A stretch of DNA of 64,000 bases from Alphaproteobacteria bacterium (GTDB lineage Bacteria > Pseudomonadota > Alphaproteobacteria > Bin95). Shown piece by piece: positions 51,297 through 60,922 of the stretch. Positions within the stretch are counted from its first letter, which is position 1, and the number at the start of each line of letters is the position of its first letter. The stretch is from NCBI GenBank assembly GCA_964291285.2, contig OZ219787.1:1856001-1920000 (forward strand). Reading direction: 5' to 3'. The translations under genes were made by a program, and so were the position numbers. A model generated the notes under the pieces. The model saw only the letters and a program-made list of their open reading frames with translations. It searched no databases and was not told where the DNA came from.

Positions 51297-52880
51297 TCAT
51301 GCGCCCTCGTCTGCGGCATGGCGCGAGATCAGCTCGAGGATCGCCGCAATGTCGGGAACCGTCTCCACCTCGACGCGTCCGCGGCCCTTTGACGGGCGGA
51401 CCTCGATCCGGGCGACCAGGTCCCGGATGGCGAGCAGGGCCTGCTCGCGCCGCCCGGCCCGCGCGCCGCCCGCGATGGCGCGCCGGAGCCCGGCGACCCG
51501 GTCGCGCATGAACTTCTCCACGCTGAAGCCCGCGGGCGGCGGCGGTCCCGGCAGCCGCTCCAGTTCGGCGAGCGCCTCGTTGCGCGCGCGCTCGAGGGCC
51601 AGAAGGCGCTCGCCGATGCCCGTCGAGGGGATGCCGCTCTCGATCGCGGCAACCAGGCGGGAGATCCCGGCGCCGGCGGCCCCGGCCCTCTCCCGGAGTT
51701 CCTCGCGCCGGACCGCGGTCCCGCGTTCGGCGGCGGCGAACAGGCCGCGCCAGTCGCGCTCGCGCGACAGCATCCAGGCGAAGAGCCGCCGCACGCCAAG
51801 GTCTTCCAGCATGTCCAGCCGGATCCCGCGGTTGTTGGTGCAGCTGTCCGGGTCGCGCCGGCGGGCGAGGCAACGGTAGTAGCCCATCCCGGCGATCGTC
51901 ATGCGCTCGCCGCAAACGCCGCAGCGGACCCGCGCCGTCAGCGGATAGGCCGCCTTGCGGTAGCGGGTCACCACGGTGTGGTGGCGGTTCCTGCGGCGCC
52001 CGACCTCGTCCTGGACGGCCTGCCAGGCCGTGTCGTCCACGATCCGCAGTTCGGGGGCTTCCACGACGGTCCAGTCCTCGCGGGGGACGGCAACGAAATG
52101 GCGCCGCCCGGTGCCCGGGTGACGCCGGGAGCGGGTGCGCCCGTAGACAAGCCGCCCGCAGTAGATGTCGTTGCGCAGCACGCCGCTTCCTTCCCGGCCG
52201 CGCACGGCGCCAGCGGTCCAGGGCTTGCCGCCGGGCCCGGCCACGCCTTCCCGGTTGAGCAGCACGGCAATCTGCTGCGGGCTCATGCCGTCGAGATAGA
52301 GCCGGTAGATGCGCCGGACCGTCCCGGCCTCGTCGGGGTCGATCGTGCGCTGGCCCCGGACGGGCTTGCCGCTCTCGGAGATGTAGTTGGCTATCCTGTA
52401 GCCGTATATGCAGGAGCCGATCATTCGCAGGTCGTGGAGGGCTTCGATCTGCCCCCGGCGCGTCTTGGCGCCGATATTGTCGATGACCATCTCGCTCACA
52501 ACCCCCTTGATGTGCGCATGGAGGGAGTCGACCCGACCGTCCTCCAGGCTGTACAGATTGATCCCCAGAAACCGCAGTTCGCGGTAGAGCCAAGCCATGT
52601 CGGCGGTGCTCCTGGCGAGCCGGTCCAGGCCCTCGACGCAGACGCCGTCGAACCGGCGCGCCCGGGCGTCGTCGAGCAGACGGCGAAGCCCCGGGCGCAG
52701 CTGCATGGCCGCGCCGGTGAGTTCCGGATCGGTGTATTCGCCCGCGATCACGCCGCCAAGTGCGGCGACGCGGTCGCGGCACAGGCGCAACTGGCCCGCG
52801 ATCGAGGTCATCTCCTGCAGGGGCGAGGAGTAGCGCGCATAGATCGCGAAGCGCGCGATGGCGCCGGGCGGTCCGTTCAT
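51297..52880 (-). CDS. Large serine recombinase (resolvase, recombinase and Zn-ribbon domains)
   Basis: YARYSS, DRLAR, YGYR, LNREG, CGVCG...YYRC...C. Confidence 0.9.
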   Translation of the reverse strand: MNGPPGAIARFAIYARYSSPLQEMTSIAGQLRLCRDRVAALGGVIAGEYTDPELTGAAMQLRPGLRRLLDDARARRFDGVCVEGLDRLARSTADMAWLYRELRFLGINLYSLEDGRVDSLHAHIKGVVSEMVIDNIGAKTRRGQIEALHDLRMIGSCIYGYRIANYISESGKPVRGQRTIDPDEAGTVRRIYRLYLDGMSPQQIAVLLNREGVAGPGGKPWTAGAVRGREGSGVLRNDIYCGRLVYGRTRSRRHPGTGRRHFVAVPREDWTVVEAPELRIVDDTAWQAVQDEVGRRRNRHHTVVTRYRKAAYPLTARVRCGVCGERMTIAGMGYYRCLARRRDPDSCTNNRGIRLDMLEDLGVRRLFAWMLSRERDWRGLFAAAERGTAVRREELRERAGAAGAGISRLVAAIESGIPSTGIGERLLALERARNEALAELERLPGPPPPAGFSVEKFMRDRVAGLRRAIAGGARAGRREQALLAIRDLVARIEVRPSKGRGRVEVETVPDIAAILELISRHAADEGA

Positions 52881-52984
52881 GGCCGGTCCTTCGGGTATCG
52901 GATGACCGCACACTCTGGCAACGGGCGCCCCGCCGCGGCAACCGGGACGGCTTCCGCTCCCGGCAGACAACCGGCCGCTCGCCG

Positions 52985-53692
52985 TCATCGCCGCGCCCGG
53001 CGCCATCCGGCGGCCCGGGCGTCCGCCTCGCTGCAGAACCAGCGCTCGCCCTTCGAGGTGTTTATGCGGGTCCGGTCGTAATGCTCGGCCCCGGGCACAT
53101 GGTAGATGCGCCCGTGCCGCGAGATGTTGCCCTTGATGAGGCAGGAGGAACCCGCCTGCGGGGGAGGGGTGGCCCCGTGCCGCCGGTGTATCTCCGCCCG
53201 GCGGTTCCGGTCCTGCCTGCGCCAGCGCCAGGGCGCGGTGAAGTCGCCGGACCACAGGCCGAGCCGCCCGGCGCGGGCCGCGTCCTCGTCCGGGACATAC
53301 CGCATCGACCAGCGCCGGTATGCCAGCGCCAGGCCCTGGCGCACGAGGTCCTGCTGCACGTCCCGCCCGGCCGCGAAGCAGGCCGCGACCGCGCGCCCGT
53401 AGCGGTCGCGGTCCCGGACCTCGCAGCGGACCGGGGTCCGCCCGACGAGCCTGCGCATCGCCCGCGTCGCCGCCCGCCCGCAGGCCCATCGGCGCCCGCC
53501 GCGCGAGCAGGTCTGGCGGGCCTCCGGCGCGTCGATCCCGTGAAGGCGCACACGCCGGCCCTGCACGGCAAGCGTGTCGCCGTCCACGACCCGGGCCTTG
53601 CCGGTGAGGGTTTCGGCTTCAGCCGGCAGGGCGAAGGCAAGCAGCGCGGCTGCCGCGAGAACGGAGGCGAGGCGTCGGAAAAGGCATGGCAT
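52985..53692 (-). CDS. Secreted thermonuclease (SNase family) with C-terminal IKGNIS domain
   Basis: Signal peptide, VVDGDTL, RLHGIDAPE, DRYGR, GLW. Confidence 0.9.
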   Translation of the reverse strand: MPCLFRRLASVLAAAALLAFALPAEAETLTGKARVVDGDTLAVQGRRVRLHGIDAPEARQTCSRGGRRWACGRAATRAMRRLVGRTPVRCEVRDRDRYGRAVAACFAAGRDVQQDLVRQGLALAYRRWSMRYVPDEDAARAGRLGLWSGDFTAPWRWRRQDRNRRAEIHRRHGATPPPQAGSSCLIKGNISRHGRIYHVPGAEHYDRTRINTSKGERWFCSEADARAAGWRRARR

Positions 53693-53759
53693 CGGGGTGG
53701 TTGACTCCTGGAGAGGCGCCGCGCTTTGACGAGCGCGTTCGGATAGGGCCTGTCGTTTG

Positions 53760-54038
53760 TCAGCCATTCGTCAGCAGCTCCCTGATGCGCGCCTTCGCGG
53801 CGCGGAGATCGGCGCGATACATGTCCTTCGCGCCTTTCGGGAGATGGGCGCGCAGCACCTTGCAGGGCTCCCAGACAGCGGAACCGCGGCCGATCTTCAC
53901 GAGCTCGCCCAGAACGTCGCGACGCCGGCCCTTCGCGGCACTGTGCCATTCATGTGCGACGGCAACGGTCCGGCGATCGCTGGCCGAATGGAATGCGTCC
54001 GGCTGCGTGAAGACGCGCCCGAAAACGATCCTGGACAT
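53760..54038 (-). CDS. Hypothetical protein (92 aa)
   Basis: Co-oriented with neighbours; GAGGGG RBS. Confidence 0.5.
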   Translation of the reverse strand: MSRIVFGRVFTQPDAFHSASDRRTVAVAHEWHSAAKGRRRDVLGELVKIGRGSAVWEPCKVLRAHLPKGAKDMYRADLRAAKARIRELLTNG

Positions 54039-54136
54039 CGATCGCCTACCCCTCGCCCGCGTGCCTGGGCCCGGACGTTGCGGGTAACGGGATACGGGTG
54101 TCGGTCATCATTGTCTCCGGTCGATCGAGGTTCCGG

Positions 54137-54316
54137 TCAGGCGCCGCTTGCGATCCCGGCGTCGATTTCGGCCTGCTCGCGCAGCCAGTGCTCCCTGTCG
54201 GTCAGGAGCCGCTGGACGTATCCACAGCCCTGGTATTCCCTGGCCCGGGGCTCGATCCGGCTCCAGGTCTGCGCGTCGCAGTTCGGGCATCGGGGGTCCT
54301 CCGGCAGTATGATCAT
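54137..54316 (-). CDS. Small CxxC protein (59 aa, MIILPEDPRCPNC...)
   Basis: AAGGAGG RBS; translated by hand. Confidence 0.5.
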   Translation of the reverse strand: MIILPEDPRCPNCDAQTWSRIEPRAREYQGCGYVQRLLTDREHWLREQAEIDAGIASGA

Positions 54317-54382
54317 GTGGGACAGGCCTCCTTGGGTCAGTGGGGGGCGGCAGCAGGGGCCAGCGCCGGGTCATTCAGGGCC

Positions 54383-55675
<1,293 letters not shown>

Positions 55676-55840
55676 GGGGCCACGACCGGGTTCGAGGCTG
55701 GCGGCGCCGGCGGATGAGCGCGGCCGTCAGGACCGTGACGATAAACATGGCGACGAGAGCCGGGTAGGCGGTAAAGGCGAATGCGTCGATGAGCACGAGC
55801 AGGTCCGGCGGGGGCTCCCTGGACGGCGTGGCATACCGGG

Positions 55841-56305
55841 TCATGCCGGCTTCTCCGGGTCGGGGCCTCCGGCGCCCGCGGTCCCGGCGGAGCTCGCGGC
55901 CGGCATATCCGCCATTGCCGGGGTTTCGGGGATCAACGCGGCCGCAACCACTGCCGCGCGCTCTTCTCCGAGCACCTCCCGAAGGAGTTCGACCGCCCGC
56001 TCGCGCTTGCCTTCGCGGACCATCGCCCTGAGCTTAGCCTCCAGCAGGGCGCGCATGCTGTCAGCGAGATCCGACGGCGCTTCCGCGCCGGAACCCATGT
56101 CGCGGGCGGCAGACGCCAGGGCAAGGGAGAGGCCGCGCTGTTCCCCTGCATCCAGCACCAGCGGCCGGGCAGAAGCCGTCTCCGCAAACGGGTCCACGGT
56201 CAGCGCGCATTCCCGAAGGAACCGGGCGGCCGACATGCCCCGTTCGGCGGCCCAGGTCTTGATCTGCGCCCATTCCTCCCCGGTCATGGAGACCGTGCGG
56301 TTCAT
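55841..56305 (-). CDS. Putative ribbon-helix-helix protein, paralog B
   Basis: RTVSMTGEEWAQIK..A...GMS..RF; C-terminus close to paralog A. Confidence 0.6.
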   Translation of the reverse strand: MNRTVSMTGEEWAQIKTWAAERGMSAARFLRECALTVDPFAETASARPLVLDAGEQRGLSLALASAARDMGSGAEAPSDLADSMRALLEAKLRAMVREGKRERAVELLREVLGEERAAVVAAALIPETPAMADMPAASSAGTAGAGGPDPEKPA

Positions 56306-56331
56306 GCCGGGCTAGCGGTTGCGCGGTTTCT

Positions 56332-56844
56332 TCATGCGTCCTCTCCGAACCCGGGGCGGCCGGCGTCCGCGGTCCCGGCGGGGCTCACGGCCGGCAAATC
56401 CGCCATTGCCGGGGTTTCGGGGATCAACGCGGCAGCGATCGCCGCCGCACGCTCCTCGCCGAATACTTCCCGCAGCAGTTCCATCGCCCTTTCGCGCTTG
56501 CCCTGGCGGACCATCGCCCTGAGCGGTTCCTCCAGCATCGCGCGGATGTCGTCCCGGTACTGCGCCAGCGCCTCCTCGTCGGCAGCATCGAGCCCGCGCG
56601 CCAGTGCCGACACGCCATCCGCGAGGCTGTGTTGCCGCCCGGCGTCCAGGACCGGCGCCCGCGCCTTGCCGCCCTTCGCCGACAGGTCCACGTTCAGCGC
56701 GCATTCGAACCACCAGGCCGATACCGACATGCCGGCGCGGCGCGCGCCATCCCGGACCATTTCCCAGTCCTCGCCGGTGGCGCAGACAGTGCGGTGGCCA
56801 GCTTTCGACCGGCCCGCCCCCGGTCTCGTCCGCATCTTCTTCAT
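56332..56844 (-). CDS. Putative ribbon-helix-helix protein, paralog A
   Basis: RTVCATGEDWEMVR..ARRAGMSVS; stop/start coupling on both sides. Confidence 0.6.
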   Translation of the reverse strand: MKKMRTRPGAGRSKAGHRTVCATGEDWEMVRDGARRAGMSVSAWWFECALNVDLSAKGGKARAPVLDAGRQHSLADGVSALARGLDAADEEALAQYRDDIRAMLEEPLRAMVRQGKRERAMELLREVFGEERAAAIAAALIPETPAMADLPAVSPAGTADAGRPGFGEDA

Positions 56845-57113
56845 GTCGGTTCCCCTCGCGGCTCGCCGGCGGTCTTTGCCGGGCGCCTGCACCGCCGGCC
56901 TTCTGCCGGGCCGGCTTCCGGTGGCTGGCCGAGGGCGCCGTGCAGGCGGAATACAACCATGAACCGGGGCGCCTCCGGAATCTTCCTGACGGCCAGCCAC
57001 CGGCTACGGGGATCGACGGCAATCCTCTCCAGGTAATGCCTCTGCTCCGCTCCGGAGGCCGGCCAGCGTTCGCGCCGCGCAATGCGGCGCACGGTTTCGG
57101 CCAGGTCGCTCAT
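56841..57113 (-). CDS. Hypothetical protein (90 aa)
   Basis: ATGA-coupled to parB and to the next gene. Confidence 0.55.
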   Translation of the reverse strand: MSDLAETVRRIARRERWPASGAEQRHYLERIAVDPRSRWLAVRKIPEAPRFMVVFRLHGALGQPPEAGPAEGRRCRRPAKTAGEPRGEPT

Positions 57114-58183
57114 CGCCCGGCCTCGGGGCAGGCCGCGTGACTCCTGTCCGCGATCAGCAGCCCGCGCAGGGCCTCGGCGAGCTCGTCGCGCTGCCGTCGG
57201 TCGATCAGCAGGCAGAGACGGTGGAGCGCCGTGACCCGGTCGCGCGGCGCGATCTGCGACCAGGCGTTTTCCAGGCGGCCGAATTGCTGCGCGCGCGTCG
57301 GCTCCTTCGGGGGCGCAGGCGGCGCGTCCGTCTTCTGCAGCAGCGCGGCGAGGGTTTCGGGAGGCTCATCGGTCTCGCGCAGCCGTTCAAGGGTGCGTTG
57401 TTGCTGGGCTTCCGAAAGGCCCGCGATCCGGTAGAGGTCCCCTTCCCGGCGCGCGATCGGGGTGCCTTCCAGCTCGTCCTGCAGTTCGGGCAGGATACGC
57501 TTTCCTATGCGCAGCGCGCGCGCGACCGTGCCCCTGGACAACGAGGTCAGGTCTGCCGTCTCTTCAACGAACGAAAGAGGCGGCGATAAATCAAGATCGA
57601 AGCATTCGATGTTGATTTTCTCCTGGTATTCTGCGCTCTTGCGGTCGCCGCCGTGGCGGGCGTCCGGGTGCAGTCTTCTATGAAGTTCCTCGCGCCTGGC
57701 AACGAAGCGGCCGCGGTGCAGCGGCGTGAGTTCCGATCGGATCAGGTTCTCGTCGACCTCCACCAGGGCGAGCATGTCCGGGCTCGGATCGTCGAGCACG
57801 AGGGCCTCGATCCGGCCCCATCCGAGACGCCGGGCCGCCTCCATACGGTGGGCGCCGGCAACGAGGGCGAAGCCTCCCCGGTCCAGGCCGCGCTCGTATT
57901 CGCCGGTATCGGGGTCGATGCCGAAATTGTGGCGGACCTGGATCGGGTTCTGGAGGCCGATCCGGTCCATCGACTCCGCGAGGCGTTCGACGACGGCTTC
58001 GTCGACCTCGCGCAGCCGCGGCCCGACGGCGATCTGCTCCAGGGCGATGGGCCAGGTGCTCCGCTGCCGCGCCGTCGACGGATCGAGGCGGGAAACCCCG
58101 GCGACCGCGGCGGGATTGCGGCGGCGCCAGTCCTCGATGCGCTCGATGAACGCCCCGCCGCTGTTCTTCGGGGCCCGGCTCAT
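57110..58183 (-). CDS. parB: ParB N-terminal domain protein
   Basis: LAESM..IGLQNPI, LVAGAHR, DENLIRSEL, GGDRKS, HTH. Confidence 0.85.
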   Translation of the reverse strand: MSRAPKNSGGAFIERIEDWRRRNPAAVAGVSRLDPSTARQRSTWPIALEQIAVGPRLREVDEAVVERLAESMDRIGLQNPIQVRHNFGIDPDTGEYERGLDRGGFALVAGAHRMEAARRLGWGRIEALVLDDPSPDMLALVEVDENLIRSELTPLHRGRFVARREELHRRLHPDARHGGDRKSAEYQEKINIECFDLDLSPPLSFVEETADLTSLSRGTVARALRIGKRILPELQDELEGTPIARREGDLYRIAGLSEAQQQRTLERLRETDEPPETLAALLQKTDAPPAPPKEPTRAQQFGRLENAWSQIAPRDRVTALHRLCLLIDRRQRDELAEALRGLLIADRSHAACPEAGR

Positions 58184-58857
58184 GCGACTGCCCTCAGCGC
58201 GCGCACCGGCCAGGCCAGCAGCGCGTCCGCCACGGCGCCGATCTCGGCCGCCGCCGCCCCGTGCGGATCGGACTCCACCACGCCCAGCCCGGCCCGGGTG
58301 GACCGCACGAAGGCGACGCGGTTGCGCACCGCGGCAGGCAGCATCTGCACCCCCTGTCGGGAGAGCAGGTCCCTGGCCTCGGTCTCCCAGTGCGCGGCCC
58401 GTGTCGGAACCGCGTTCAGCACCGCGACGGCCGGCGTCCCGGCCAGCGCGGCGACATCGAGGCTCGCGCGGACCGCGGCGAGGTCGAACAGCGACTGCCG
58501 GCAGGGCACGACCACGAGGTCCGCATGCCGCGCGCCGGCCACAGGACCGCCATCGGCCCCCATCGGGGTGTCGATAAGGATCAGGTCGGAGCCCTTCGCC
58601 AGGGCCCGCCCGATCTCCCGGTCGAGGCGGAGATACGGGCAATAGCGGATATCAGGCGCCGGGTCAGTGCGGAGATCGCCCCACACGACGGCCGAGCAGT
58701 TGGGGTCGCAGTCGAGGACGGTGACCCGGCGGCCGGCCCGGACGGCATGGGCCGCGACATTGAGCGCCAGCGTCGTCTTCCCGGCCCCGCCCTTCTGGCT
58801 CACGAAGGCGAGGATGCGGGGCGCTGCAAACGCGGCGGAGTGCGATCGGTCATGCAT
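58180..58857 (-). CDS. parA: ParA family ATPase
   Basis: QKGGAGKTT, DCDP, IDTP. Confidence 0.92.
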   Translation of the reverse strand: MHDRSHSAAFAAPRILAFVSQKGGAGKTTLALNVAAHAVRAGRRVTVLDCDPNCSAVVWGDLRTDPAPDIRYCPYLRLDREIGRALAKGSDLILIDTPMGADGGPVAGARHADLVVVPCRQSLFDLAAVRASLDVAALAGTPAVAVLNAVPTRAAHWETEARDLLSRQGVQMLPAAVRNRVAFVRSTRAGLGVVESDPHGAAAAEIGAVADALLAWPVRALRAVA

Positions 58858-58871
58858 GGGAGTGCTCCCTC

Positions 58872-60275
58872 CTAACGGCGGCGTCCCGCCGCCAGCGCTT
58901 GCGATGGCGGGCGGCGGGACGGCGCGGTTTCATTATCTGTTTCTTTCGGGTTAAGGGTGTCATGACCGTCACCCATGGGGGTGTCATGACTGTCACCCCT
59001 GGCCGCCGCTGGTGTCGCCCCGGAGGTGTCATGACCGTCACCCGCCGACGGGCGGGCGGCGGCGCTTTCGGCCGCCTCGCGCGCGGCCGCCTCGCGGTTC
59101 AGGTCCATGATGCGCAGCAGCGTCATCCGGTGCTGGCGCGGGTAGTCGAGGCCGGACGGGAAGGCGTGGTAGCGGTTGGCCCGGTTCCGGCGCGGGACCA
59201 CCTGCAAATAGCCGGCCTCCCTGCACTTCTCGGTCCAGCGCTGGATCCGCCGTGCGGGCACTCCGAAGATCGCCTGCAGCTCCCTCACCGTGACGACCCA
59301 GCCGTCGATGTTCGGGCCGTCCCGGTAGGCGATGAACGACAGGAACGCGCGCGCGGCGACATCCTTGATGTCGTGGAGCATCATGCACGACGCCATCCGG
59401 TCTCCCGCCATCTTCGGATCGAACTTCTCCGGCTCGGGAACCATGTAAAGCCTGGCCTCGGGATCGGCGGCGGCGCCCTCCGGCAGCGCCAGCTCCGGGG
59501 CGGGCGCCGCCTCGGCAACGCCGTATTCCAGCGCGACGCCCGGAAGTTCCTGCTCCAGGAAGCGCGCGATGCGCTCGCCATGGTCCTGGCGAACCCGGTC
59601 CCGGATGAACGCGCTCGGGGCCAGCAGCACGACGCCGGTGCCGCGGGCCTCCATGCCAAGACCGGCGAGCCAGGCATCGAACGCCGTCTCGCCGACCGCC
59701 TCCCGCAGGCGCTCGCGGACGGCGTCCCACGCCCGCTTCACCGGCTGGGCCGGTGCTTCGGCGGGCTCGTCAAATTTGGCGCCGGCGCCAAATTCGGCCT
59801 CCCCGGCCTCGCGCTCCACCCGCGCCGGTGGTTCGGCAGGCCCGCCGGTTCCTGCAGCACCGCCGGATCCGGTGTCTGCCGGATCGACGTCCGCGCCCTC
59901 GGGCGCCGCCTCCGGGGACGGGTCAAAATTGACGCCGGCGCCAAATTCGGCCTCGCCGGCCTCCGCCAGCTTGCGCGGCCGCGCAAGCCGTTTGAGAACG
60001 GCCTTCCCGCCCTCGAGCGAAAGCTCGGCGGCCGAAACCCCGGAGCGGTGCAGCTTCATGGACCGGTTGCAGACGCTGTACGACCAGCCGGCGGTTTTCA
60101 GCGTCTTCATCCAGACGCCGTGCGCACACTCGCCTCTGAGCTCGGTCAGCCAGGCGCCGAAATCGAGCAGCCTGCTGAAATATGCGACCGAGCCGCGCGC
60201 CGCGAACTCGTAGCTGTCCTGTCTTTCCCGCAGGATTTCGGCGAGCGCGCTCGGATCGCAATACAGGGCCGTCAT
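58872..60275 (-). CDS. Putative replication initiator: DUF3102-like N-terminus, DnaA N-terminal-like domain, wHTH
   Basis: G.WL....HGVW; WDAVRERLREAVGETAFDAWL...APSAFIRDRV; wHTH ending in RRNRANRY; internal repeats. Confidence 0.6.
   Translation of the reverse strand: MTALYCDPSALAEILRERQDSYEFAARGSVAYFSRLLDFGAWLTELRGECAHGVWMKTLKTAGWSYSVCNRSMKLHRSGVSAAELSLEGGKAVLKRLARPRKLAEAGEAEFGAGVNFDPSPEAAPEGADVDPADTGSGGAAGTGGPAEPPARVEREAGEAEFGAGAKFDEPAEAPAQPVKRAWDAVRERLREAVGETAFDAWLAGLGMEARGTGVVLLAPSAFIRDRVRQDHGERIARFLEQELPGVALEYGVAEAAPAPELALPEGAAADPEARLYMVPEPEKFDPKMAGDRMASCMMLHDIKDVAARAFLSFIAYRDGPNIDGWVVTVRELQAIFGVPARRIQRWTEKCREAGYLQVVPRRNRANRYHAFPSGLDYPRQHRMTLLRIMDLNREAAAREAAESAAARPSAGDGHDTSGATPAAARGDSHDTPMGDGHDTLNPKETDNETAPSRRPPSQALAAGRRR
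58956..59043. repeat. Three 19-bp iteron-like repeats GGTGTCATGACYGTCACCC
   Basis: At 58956, 58980 and 59025, next to an AT-rich patch at 58928-58954. Confidence 0.85.
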
Positions 60276-60769
60276 GGCCGCTCTCCGCTGCCGGGCCGCT
60301 CCCGGAACACGAATGCGTCAATCCGCCGCAGAATATTTGTCCGGTTCCGGACCGTCCGGGACCTGCGGCCGGGGCCCGCGGCAGGCTTGCCCGCCAGAGG
60401 CCGGGCCCCCGGCCGGCTGGCGAATCGCCGCCCCCCGGAGCGGGCGAACGCCGGCAGACATGCGCAGGACCCGGCCGGTCCCGCGGCATTTCCGGGCAAG
60501 CCGGCGGCGTCCGCAACGCCCGCCCGCCCAAGCGGAAAGTCCGCCCCTTTCCGGCGAATGCCGTCCGCCGGACCCGCGAAACCGCCGTCGGGCGCCCGGA
60601 GGCGGCCGGGGGCCGGGTGCTGTCTGCCCCTTCGCCCGGAATTCGGGGAAAGGCTGTCCGGTATCGATACGCGGGCGTTCAGCGCGCGGCCTGGAAAGTT
60701 CCCTGTTTCCATAGAGTTGCGGTGAAACCGGCAGCGGCGGAAAAATCCCCCGCTCTACCGACCCGGCGC

Positions 60770-60798
60770 TTGACATTGCAGCGGCGGCAGCCGATTAT
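60770..60798 (+). promoter_or_regulatory. Sigma70-like promoter
   Basis: TTGACA-17 bp-GATTAT. Confidence 0.6.
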
Positions 60799-60809
60799 CC
60801 GGACACACG

Positions 60810-60851
60810 ATGAACGGATATCGGACTGCTGTTTGCTGCTGCGCTGGGTAG
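60810..60851 (+). CDS. Putative Cys-rich leader peptide MNGYRTAVCCCAG
   Basis: Three tandem TGC codons between a promoter and a terminator. Confidence 0.55.
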   Translation: MNGYRTAVCCCAG

Positions 60852-60884
60852 GTGGCATCGAACCAGGGACCGAACCGCATCCCC

Positions 60885-60922
60885 GAAGGCCGCCGGACCA
60901 GAACCGGCGGCCTTCATTTTTT
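60885..60922 (+). terminator. Intrinsic terminator or attenuator
   Basis: 12-bp stem GAAGGCCGCCGG/CCGGCGGCCTTC followed by ATTTTTT. Confidence 0.8.
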
